Part shown: one piece after another, positions 10,168 through 18,789 of the stretch
Layout: every line of letters begins with the position of its first letter
How positions within the stretch are numbered: position 1 is the stretch's first letter
Source of the DNA: an uncultured Verrucomicrobiae bacterium
GTDB taxonomy: Bacteria > Chlamydiota > Chlamydiia > Chlamydiales > Rhabdochlamydiaceae
Assembly (NCBI GenBank): GCA_963806855.1
Contig: CAWDYW010000001.1
Coordinates: 288,001-352,000 of the forward strand
DNA: 64,000 nucleotides
Direction: 5' to 3'
Notes under the pieces: model-generated
The model's input: only the letters and a program-made list of their open reading frames with translations
The model's database searches: none
What the model was told of the DNA's origin: nothing
Translations under genes and position numbers: made by a program

Positions 10168-10223
10168 AGTCCGGTCAAAATGGGAGTACTCCATTGGAGT
10201 ACTCCCAATTTGAACCGAACCAT
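10168..10223. mobile_element. Abutted IS3-family (IS2-group) inverted repeats, IRR-1 bp-IRL junction, without IS body
   Basis: AGTCCGGTCAAAATGGGAGTACTCCA-T-TGGAGTACTCCCAATTTGAACCGAACCAT. The right half matches the IS left end at 14036 that precedes an OrfA remnant. Confidence 0.75.
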
Positions 10224-10373
10224 GACCGATTTATAAAAAGTTCGGCTTTCAATAGGCCAGCATCATCTTATTAGGATTCCAAAAACGTTGTTTTTCTAAA
10301 AACACGATTGACTGGAATTCCTATCCATGTTTGAATCACGCATTTTACCAACGACTACTGTGGAGAAAATGCC

Positions 10374-11852
10374 ATGTTCACTTTGAAAACTGTATTAAAT
10401 GTCATTCTTTTGATTACAACCCCAACATTTTTCCTTTATCCCCAAGAGCATTCTTCTCGTCAGGATTTTCAAATTTTTCAGGCCAAACACGCGAAAAAAA
10501 ATCATCAGAAAAGTCCAGCAAATCATCAAGTCGTTACTTATGATGAAATAATGCATCTACTAGATGAGCTCGAAACTGGAAGGTTGGAAAAGCGAGCTAG
10601 TATAGATGATCTGGAAAGAATCAACCAATTTCTCATTTTATTAGCTAGGCAGGGGGTTGTTTCTTATAATGCAGATTATCTTGCTTTAGAAGAGGATGTT
10701 GACGATCTCCTCTATGGTGAAGATGACTATTATGAATTTGCAATTTCGCAGAGTGATGAAGACTACGTCATCATGCCAGCTATTTTAAACAACCAGCATG
10801 AAATAATTCTGTGTAAGAGCTGGATAAAAAAACAATGGAAAAAGACCAAAAAGTTTGTCAAAAAGCATAAAAAAGAGATCATTATTGGGGCTGCTGTAGT
10901 AGTGGCCGCTGTTGTTATTGTAGCAGTTGTAGCTGCTTCGACAGCAGGAGCTGCGGCGGTGGCGGCTGTTGGTGCTGCTGGAGCATCTGCAGCAGGTGCT
11001 AACAACAATAAAGAGAAGGATTCTTCGGGCAATGAGCCTCCATTAGGTATTCCTTCCGATCCCATCGATATTGCATCCCCATTGGAAACTACTCTGGAAA
11101 CTCCTGTATTAAAGACTGCGATAGATGAACATATTTCTAACTTCAAACAGTTTATGGGTGAAAGTGGAGATATGCAGCAATTATCCTCTGCCCGAGGATG
11201 GGATGACTTATCCTTTGGAGAGAAGGCAAGAGAATGTGGAGCATTTTTAGCCCATCAAGCATTTGAAGGAATATCCGAGCTGGCAAGAGTAGTGCCGGAT
11301 CTCTGCGAAGAAATAAAGGAGCTAGGCATACAAATTTTACCTGACACCATCTCCAATATGGACTATAATTTGAACACAGTTCCTTCAGAAAATTATGACA
11401 AAGTTATTTCTGCAGGTCATAAAGCTATTGACGCAGTTTTTTCTTCGGACCAAGCTGATTGTTTTTCTGCCGAAGGCTCTACAAATGGGGGAAAGAATGA
11501 TTTTATTCTTGGGATGATTCCGCTCCCCTCAGGAGTTGCGGCAATTTTTTCTGATACAAATAAATTAATCACAGCTGGAAATGTTTTCGATAGAGCAGGG
11601 TTTACTAGGGCCGGACGAGCATTAATGAAACATGGTTATAGGGAAGGGAGCTTTTTCCCTAAACCATTGGGTAATCCAATGCAAATCAATAAACAGGGTG
11701 AATCTATTTTGACAGAGATTTTAAATGATCCAAGCAGAATCATTATAAAAAACACTTCTGGTGGCATAGAAATCTATGCGCCTAATGGGAGAGGCGCATA
11801 TTTTAGGGAAGATGGAACTTTTAGAGGATTTATAGAGTATGGCCATAAATAA
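10374..11852 (+). CDS. Secreted polymorphic-toxin-like protein
   Basis: Signal peptide, basic patch plus Ala/Val TM. C-terminal ~95 aa RAGRALMKHG.REGS.FP…NP..IN.QG..IL.EIL.DP…GRGA.F..DG.FRGFIE resembles Rhs/CdiA/MafB-type toxin tips. Overlapping small acidic gene downstream. Confidence 0.65.
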   Translation: MFTLKTVLNVILLITTPTFFLYPQEHSSRQDFQIFQAKHAKKNHQKSPANHQVVTYDEIMHLLDELETGRLEKRASIDDLERINQFLILLARQGVVSYNADYLALEEDVDDLLYGEDDYYEFAISQSDEDYVIMPAILNNQHEIILCKSWIKKQWKKTKKFVKKHKKEIIIGAAVVVAAVVIVAVVAASTAGAAAVAAVGAAGASAAGANNNKEKDSSGNEPPLGIPSDPIDIASPLETTLETPVLKTAIDEHISNFKQFMGESGDMQQLSSARGWDDLSFGEKARECGAFLAHQAFEGISELARVVPDLCEEIKELGIQILPDTISNMDYNLNTVPSENYDKVISAGHKAIDAVFSSDQADCFSAEGSTNGGKNDFILGMIPLPSGVAAIFSDTNKLITAGNVFDRAGFTRAGRALMKHGYREGSFFPKPLGNPMQINKQGESILTEILNDPSRIIIKNTSGGIEIYAPNGRGAYFREDGTFRGFIEYGHK

Positions 11853-12102
11853 GGGGTTTTGTACGAAGCTTTGCAGTGATTTAGATTTTGAAGGAATGGT
11901 TATCGATATTTGTTACGATGAAGAAAGAGTTGCAATGGTTAACTATGACAAAGGAATGGACAATCTGGAGATAGAGCTTATTAAGAGAGAGGAAGATGCG
12001 CCAAGGCTTATTTTCCCTTTGGAAGATTTTTTTAATATTCTCGAAGAAGCAAAAATTTTGGCAATACGTTGTGCTAAAGAAGATGAACATAGAAATCAGT
12101 GA
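11839..12102 (+). CDS. Cognate immunity-like protein
   Basis: 87-aa acidic protein overlapping the toxin stop; a second, orphan copy lies upstream. Confidence 0.65.
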   Translation: MAINKGFCTKLCSDLDFEGMVIDICYDEERVAMVNYDKGMDNLEIELIKREEDAPRLIFPLEDFFNILEEAKILAIRCAKEDEHRNQ

Positions 12103-12196
12103 TAATAAACATTCGGGTTTTGTAAATCTTTATTCAGACCTCGAATTGTATAAAACGATCTGCTTGCAGTAATTGAGATATCAGTATATGTAGGAG

Positions 12197-12234
12197 AATG
12201 ACAGATAGATAATGCCTTCTTTCTCTCCTATTCA
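12197..12234. repeat. 38-bp exact direct repeat of 15495..15532
   Basis: AATGACAGATAGATAATGCCTTCTTTCTCTCCTATTCA occurs at both positions. Confidence 0.9.
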
Positions 12235-12430
12235 GTTTGCAATATCGCTTGAAACGCTAAACGACATTGTTACACTCTCAAGTATAAAAATAGATTAGTA
12301 GCAGGCGTTATAGCATAACCATTTTATATAAGTCACCCCTCGCGGGATAACAAGTGCGCTGCGTCACTAACGGTCATAGAAAATGCGTGAGAACCAAAAG
12401 ACCTCCTAACACCTCTAATTAGTCTCTTAT

Positions 12431-12459
12431 TTGACTTAAATAAACTCCAAATCTAGAAT
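12431..12459 (+). promoter_or_regulatory. Sigma70/sigma66-type promoter
   Basis: TTGACT-17 bp-TAGAAT just upstream of the ORF at 12483. Confidence 0.5.
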
Positions 12460-12482
12460 GCTAATGAAAATTTTACAACCGA

Positions 12483-13684
12483 GTGAATATGGAATCTACT
12501 GGTCAATTAGTGCGCCGTCAATCGGATGACTTTAGTAGGGCCTCAACTTCTCCACCGCATGATCAATTTCTGTCAGAATCTCAAATAGGGCGAGAGACTT
12601 ATCGAACAGACTCGAGCGCACAAAGTGACTTGTTAGAGCGATCTAATCAGCGTACATTGGAATTTGTCACACGAGGACTCAAGTTTATCAAGCAGATATG
12701 AATGCGCACAGCGACCGGTTAGAACGGGTTACTCATGGGGCTACGGAACTCGCCTCACGAGAACTCCAGGCTTCTCGAGCAGAAATGAACGCACACAGTG
12801 ACCGGTTAGAACGAGCTAATCAGGCCGCTGCGGAACTCGCCTCACGAGAACTCCAGGCTTCTCGAACGGAGATGAATGCCCAAAGTAACCGGATGGAACG
12901 AGTTACTCATGGGGCTTTTGAAGTAATCTCAAAATCAACACAGAAAGCCTATGAGCTGGTTAAAAAATCTGAACAGACTTCTCTAGCCGCCGTATCTTCT
13001 AGCCAGCAAGTTTCATTGGCTGCTATCCAGACTACTCGTCAAGGCGCTGAAAGCATGGAGAGAATTGCTTTAGATGCTCAAGGTATGGTCAGACAAGTTT
13101 TACAGAGCACTTCCGACGATGTTAAACTTCGATCCGAGGAGGACCGAAAAGCAAGACGAGATGTAAAACTTGAAGAATTGCTTAGAGAACGCGCCGATTG
13201 GGAGATGATACTAAATCCTGGTACACCACATGCTGCCATAGTCGAACTCGCTCGAACAAGAATTGATCTCCTCACAAAGTTGGAACAAAATTTAGTGAGT
13301 CAAAAGCAAAGAGAAATAGAGCAGGAAGATCAATTCTCTAGAGAACGTATGGAGGCAGCTCATCAGAGGCTAGCAGCGGACACGCTTCGTTCTCGAACTG
13401 AAAAAATAAACCTTGCAAAGACAGCTATCGAACAATCCCTTTCATCCTTTGATAATAAGAGACTCTATCTACCATTGCTCTTGAGCTGTGCACTGGTTGT
13501 CTGTTTTGCTTCATATTACTTTGGCAGCCGAAGGACAGCGGCTATTGGGATAGCATTGGGGTGTGCTATTTTTACAGAGGAGGTCTATAGAACTTCCCCT
13601 TATTATTCCAATCTTTCCAACAGAAAGAAATGGTTAGGCATCTACATAAGAGCTTTGGACAGACTAACAACCGAACCAAATTAA
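12483..13684 (+). CDS. Coiled-coil protein with 29-aa tandem repeats and C-terminal double hydrophobic segment (Inc/effector-like); frameshift near 12690
   Basis: Repeat unit MNAHSDRLER…ELASRELQASR.E in ~2.5 copies (87 bp), plus a diverged copy in the upstream 72-aa piece; two adjacent TM helices near the C-terminus. Confidence 0.6.
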
Positions 13685-14035
13685 CAGTTCGTTCAGCAGT
13701 GAAAGAGATATTGGACGGCGATCTTTCCATTAGTGACGCACAAAAAAATTCCCCAGGCACACAACGAATCTTGAGCCAAATTAAAAATGATTCAGTTACA
13801 GGCGACCCTGCCGAAAGAACTACTACACTTCCCAGCGCGCTGGCGTTTATTGTAGATCATGCGACACGTCAATCACCCAAGAGCTTCACTGAGTTGTGAC
13901 GCTTCTGCTGGGCGCTTAGCCACAATATGTGCGTTTTTTTCGGCCACCAATCGAACTTTTAAGGAAAATCCTAATAAATGCAGAAAGGCCATTCTTTTAG
14001 CCTAGAATTGAACCTAGAGACAAATAATACGGAGC

Positions 14036-14240
14036 TGGAGTGCTCCCAATTTGAACCGGACCATCTAGTTTGCTCTTAAGATATAGGAGTAAGACTAGTC
14101 GTATGACTGAATGTAAGCTGATTGCTGCAGTAGAAAGAAGAAGGAGATGGTCTTTGGATGAAAAGCGCCAGATCATAGAAGAAACCTATATGCAGGGCTA
14201 TTCTGTTTCCTAAGTAAACTGAAAATATGGTATAACTCCA
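14036..14240 (+). mobile_element. IS3-family (IS2-group) left end with inactivated OrfA remnant
   Basis: TGGAGTGCTCCCAATTTGAACCGGAC, then ATG at 14103: MTECKLIAAVERRRRWSLDEKRQIIEETYMQGYSVS*VN*KYGITP (InsC-like HTH with stops). Confidence 0.85.
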
Positions 14241-14243
14241 AAG

Positions 14244-15209
14244 GTGTATTTTATGTTAGCTCTTGCATTCCAGTTTTATTGTATCGCTCTGTTCGGACTG
14301 ATTTCTCATACTGATCAGGGCGCTGAATATGGTGAATACGCAGTTGCCGCCTATACACAATCCAATCATGGAGTGGATGGCAGTCTTTTTTTGGATCCTT
14401 ATTTTAAACAAGATATAGAAAACCTTAACGATAAAAAAGTTCTTGATGCAGGGTGTGGTGCTGCACCATGGTCAATATATGCGGCCCAACAAGGAGGGGA
14501 GGTTTATGCTATTGATATTCAAGAGAGCATGATCCAAGCCGCAAAAAATGCAGTTGAAGTTGCAAAGCTAGCCGGTAGAATTTTTATAACAAAGGGCGAT
14601 GTTGCCAAGCTGCCCTATAAAGACAATTTCTTCGATAAGGCAATCAGTATATGTGTTGGGTGCAATTTACCTCCAAGCTCATTTGAAAGGCATTTTATAG
14701 AACTTAAACGAACTTTAAAACAGGGTGGCATTGCAGTCGTAGGCGCTCCGACATCACTAGAAGTTGTATTTTCAAATGGATCGAAGGCTCAAGAAGAGAT
14801 TTATTCTGAGATTCAATCAGTTTTATTTAATCTGCCAAATAATCCTTCGACTGAAATTATTTGTCAAAAACTAAATAGTCTAGGTTCAGTATTAGGCGCT
14901 ACATTTTTTATAAAAAATGATAGGCTTGCATTAGTTTCAACTCAAGATGAATTACCGGAAGGTGAAAAAATCTGGCGAAAACTTCCTAAGCTTGTTGTGC
15001 CAAATCGGTATTACTCACAAGAGCATTATATCAATATTTTTAAAAAATACGGCTTTGAAATTCAAAAAATAGATCTGCCGTATTTTAAAAGTGATCATGA
15101 AAGAGTAGCGTATAACTCAAATGCCGATGCTTCCACAAGGCTAGGACAAGAGTATGTAATGCATGCGCCATTTGTTATTTTTCACATCAAAAAAGCTGAT
15201 GAAAAATGA
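14244..15209 (+). CDS. Class I SAM-dependent methyltransferase
   Basis: VLDAGCG, AIDI..SMI..A, GDV..LPY.DNFFD, LK.GG. Confidence 0.88.
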   Translation: MYFMLALAFQFYCIALFGLISHTDQGAEYGEYAVAAYTQSNHGVDGSLFLDPYFKQDIENLNDKKVLDAGCGAAPWSIYAAQQGGEVYAIDIQESMIQAAKNAVEVAKLAGRIFITKGDVAKLPYKDNFFDKAISICVGCNLPPSSFERHFIELKRTLKQGGIAVVGAPTSLEVVFSNGSKAQEEIYSEIQSVLFNLPNNPSTEIICQKLNSLGSVLGATFFIKNDRLALVSTQDELPEGEKIWRKLPKLVVPNRYYSQEHYINIFKKYGFEIQKIDLPYFKSDHERVAYNSNADASTRLGQEYVMHAPFVIFHIKKADEK

Positions 15210-15314
15210 TAAATCAAAGGAGTCTAATGACGAAAACCCTATGCTCCAAGCGAATATCTCACTTGATCTCGCTACGAATAACATCCACCCTCAATAGCAT
15301 TAAAGGTTGTCAAG

Positions 15315-16273
15315 CTAAAACGGTATTGAAAACGCGAAGCTTCCCTCATCAACCCCCGTCGATTTCGCCAAGCTATAACTAGCTAAGAAGATAGCAAAAT
15401 CGTACCAAGAGTGAAGTGCCACGCTCTCCTTCAGAGAACAGTTTTTATGTGTGACCCAGCCATAATAGGCCCCCGTAAGAGTTATATATGGGACAATGAC
15501 AGATAGATAATGCCTTCTTTCTCTCCTATTCATCCTTGTGCGTTGGGGATATGAGCAGCGCCGAAGGCCAAAGATGAAACCGCGATTCCTCCCCAAGGGG
15601 TTATGCTTTCAGATAAATAGGACTGCAAAAATCCCCTGAAGAATGATTCCTCTCCGATACCCACAGGGAAAGCGACAAGAGGAAAAGCAGTTCCAGCATG
15701 CGAACGACCAATATGGAGTTCTGAACTCCTTGGTGCTGTGAAATATTGTATCCCAATCACCAGTGAAAGATCGACCAGTAGTGCAACCCATACCTCTTTC
15801 TTTTTCATCACACTCCACTGGAATGGAGCAAAGGCCAGCTCACTCAAAGACTCGCTAGGCATTTTGTAAGAGTAAATATCGGACACATTATAAGCCCGTA
15901 CGTCTCGATATGCTGCATAGATCCCATAAAACCACGTGTTGCTAATCAAATTCAGGTTCGTCAAAACCAATGTTTCGCTATGAGGCTTTAACCAACAGAG
16001 CCCCGCATACAAGCTCGTGCTCCCCATCAGACCGCCCGCAGTTTTATAATCCCCCAAATAGACATGACCAAGTCCAGGCATCAGAGAGGATAACCCAACC
16101 GCAATCGCTGCATTCTTCCTCGGAGTGAATGTAACCGGCGGTAGATTCAGATCGATCTCCATTTGATCAATACGCGACTTAGGAAAAGCTTCTGGCGCTA
16201 AGAGAAGTTCATTTTCAGCATAAGACACCGTAGATAGAAGGGATAAGCAAAGAGTTGGCAATAATTTTTTCAT
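15315..16273 (-). CDS. CPBP (CAAX prenyl protease-like) intramembrane metalloprotease with signal peptide; frameshift at ~15533
   Basis: GEESFFRG, SSLAFGAAH, and LHSWYDF in the downstream frame; N-terminal LS.LMPGLGHVYLG motif. Confidence 0.8.
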
Positions 16274-16490
16274 AGTTAATGTCGTTGGTTTGATTGTTTT
16301 CAGAACAAAGTTAAATCCAAGTCGAGTTTAATACAACTTTTTAAAAAATTATAATGCAGCTATTCAATGGCTTCTATCTTGTGATAAAAATGATGTCGAA
16401 AGAATAAAGTCGCTAGGTTAAAATGGCTTTAATTCAAAATATAGTCGCTGCTGGATATTTGTCAGATTAAATTAACTTCATTGCATTTTA

Positions 16491-17411
16491 TTACTTCTCA
16501 GCGATCACAGCTGGGAAAATGCAATAGCGATCAGAGAATACTGAAATATTGGAGAAACCAGCACTACGAAAATCGTGTTCTATTTCATTTAGACTTCTGT
16601 AATTCTGATACTTCAAATCTAGAATATCTCGAGTTAATATTAGGTCCATCTCTACATGATATTTTGGGATAGCTTTAATATTCCAATCTGAATGGCTTCC
16701 ATGGCCAGGAGGATACGTCAATACCCCTGTGAAGAATGCTCCGCCGGGTTTTAATGCTTGATATATCTGTCGATAGAGTTCGATAACCCGTTCTCGATTA
16801 GGCTCATAACAATTCAATCCAATGCTTGTTACAAAGTCAAATTCTGAGTGAATTTCTAAATTCCAGGCATCTCTTTGTTCAAATCTCACATTGTTAATGC
16901 CCTTTTCCCTTGCCAGCTTTTTCGCGGCTTCTAGGGACTCAGTATCAATATCTATTCCCACAAAAAAGACATTATCTTTTGGACTTACTTCGAGTTCAAG
17001 TAAGTCTCTCATAACCCCACATGGAATGGATGCTAACGTGCTATTAGACCTTACATATTTCTGAGCAATTTTTTGTGAATGGAGAAAGAGTTCTCTCTGA
17101 GCGAGCACACTTGGCATTTCAAAGATAATAAAATATTCAAGTCGATTCATCGAGAGCATTCTTCCAGCCAGATTCTTTTCGAGCCAAGGAAAAGAGACCA
17201 TATAATCAGTCCAGATCCCATTTGCACCACTGGTATAGAGAATATGCCTGCCAAGAGGGAAGCTAGCTAGACTATCCAGTATCTGGCATGCCTGCTCATA
17301 TGAAAGATTTGGCAGATAACCTTTCGCTTTAATCCTAGCCTTAATGGCTTCAATTGCAACTGAATGATCATGAAATCTTACAGAATGAGATTTGTTTACG
17401 CCTTCCTTCAC
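16491..17411 (-). CDS. Class I SAM-dependent methyltransferase
   Basis: ASIPCG variant of motif I, GIDID..SL..A, DAW, FDFVTS.GL..Y, ALKPGG. Confidence 0.82.
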   Translation of the reverse strand: MKEGVNKSHSVRFHDHSVAIEAIKARIKAKGYLPNLSYEQACQILDSLASFPLGRHILYTSGANGIWTDYMVSFPWLEKNLAGRMLSMNRLEYFIIFEMPSVLAQRELFLHSQKIAQKYVRSNSTLASIPCGVMRDLLELEVSPKDNVFFVGIDIDTESLEAAKKLAREKGINNVRFEQRDAWNLEIHSEFDFVTSIGLNCYEPNRERVIELYRQIYQALKPGGAFFTGVLTYPPGHGSHSDWNIKAIPKYHVEMDLILTRDILDLKYQNYRSLNEIEHDFRSAGFSNISVFSDRYCIFPAVIAEK

Positions 17412-17562
17412 TTTGTTCCCCTAGAAGTTATGTAGCACTATGTAAGTGCTTATATCTTCTCAGAAATTTGAGAAAAAAGACACAACTCAGTGAGATAAAA
17501 ATGTGTTAGTACGCCCAGTATTGGACCTCTTTTGATGTCATATCCTCAGAATTGGCGAGATG

Positions 17563-18555
17563 CTAATTTTTCTGAGGTTTCAACATCCACAAATACGTAT
17601 TTGGCAAAATAGGCATTTTGAATTCCATTTCAATCTCATATCCAGCTTTTAAGTAAACATCAATAACTTTTCTGTAGTTATAGGTTTCTATCCCTTGCAA
17701 ACCATGCACATAATCATAACCGGGAGCATAACCCCTTGAAGAATAATCACTCGATACAATATCTAGTATTGCCAAATACTTCATATTTGGAAAATTGAGC
17801 TGATAAGACTTTAAAATGGGTGCGCACTTACTGGTAGGGAAAAGATCGTGCGTCATAAATGATTGCATTACTATCTGAACATCTTCCCAAACATTTCTCA
17901 ATTTACTAACATCACCCACCTCAAATTGGATCGGTAAGTCACCATATCGTTCTTGAGCAAGTTTTATGGATTCATCACAATACTCTATACCAAGCCCCGG
18001 GACGTTTAGTTGCTTGCAAAGATTGCCTAGTCTTTCCCCACTGCCACAACCTAAATCACATATAGTTCCAGAAACTTCGATTTTATTGAATAGGTTAATT
18101 AGGATGGGATCGACAACATCAGAGGCAATCTGGTCTGAGGCTAAAGCCATTGATTTGAAATCAATAGCCCCATGAAAAGGGATTGACTTATCATAAGCAA
18201 GCTTGGTCTGCATAGCAAGTAACCCGGAATAACTATTGTATAGTAAATTGATCAGCCCGATATGTTTAACAAGCTTTTTACCGAAAGTTGTAAGCGTAAA
18301 AAAAGAGCCGGTTTTTTTAAGAATCTTGGAAGCGCAAAGTGACTTTATTGCTGATTTTATCAAAATGGGATTTGCATACAATTCATTCCCACTAAACTCC
18401 TCTTCCTCAACAATCCCTCTGTTAACCAAGTCTTGTAATAATCCAACTTTATCCAAAACAGTCAATGCATTGCAAGAAATCCCAGCAGCGACAAATTCCA
18501 TTATTTGATTATCAATTTCCTTCTTGGCTTTTTTAAGCTGATGACTAGTGTTCAT
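17563..18555 (-). CDS. MppJ-like (phenylpyruvate C3-methyltransferase-like) SAM-dependent methyltransferase
   Basis: N-terminal wHTH. CDLGCGSGERL, SFMTHDLFP, FPNMK..ILD and GYDYVHGLQG parallel MppJ DLGSGSGERL, FMMGHDFWP, FPNVRR and GFEFGHDMMG, with both metal-binding His retained. Confidence 0.75.
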   Translation of the reverse strand: MNTSHQLKKAKKEIDNQIMEFVAAGISCNALTVLDKVGLLQDLVNRGIVEEEEFSGNELYANPILIKSAIKSLCASKILKKTGSFFTLTTFGKKLVKHIGLINLLYNSYSGLLAMQTKLAYDKSIPFHGAIDFKSMALASDQIASDVVDPILINLFNKIEVSGTICDLGCGSGERLGNLCKQLNVPGLGIEYCDESIKLAQERYGDLPIQFEVGDVSKLRNVWEDVQIVMQSFMTHDLFPTSKCAPILKSYQLNFPNMKYLAILDIVSSDYSSRGYAPGYDYVHGLQGIETYNYRKVIDVYLKAGYEIEMEFKMPILPNTYLWMLKPQKN

Positions 18556-18717
18556 AGGCCTACCAATATTGAGCGGTGTGTTTTAAATAGAGTATGTCTA
18601 ATAATGAAATATTAATCTACATGTTTGCTTCCGCCTTGCAATTTAGTGCGATTAAATCTTAATTTCCTTATAAAATTCAACTAAGCAGGTATATTGAATT
18701 TAATAAATCGAAAAACC

Positions 18718-18746
18718 TTGCAAAATTTAGCCGCTTTCTATAAAAT
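18718..18746 (+). promoter_or_regulatory. Candidate sigma70-type promoter for the MIO-enzyme operon
   Basis: TTGCAA-17 bp-TAAAAT upstream of 18790. Confidence 0.35.
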
Positions 18747-18789
18747 GTTATAAAGTTTTAAAAAAACGCTTGTCTTCCAACAAAAAGAG

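Noticed and set aside
12300..12400. Integron attC-like motifs (GCATAAC, GATAACAA), also near 50600
   Set aside because: No matching GTTRRRY core with a pairing inverted structure was found, and no integron integrase.
12698..12920. CRISPR-like repeat array
   Set aside because: The 87-bp units are contiguous coding repeats without unique spacers, and no cas genes are present.
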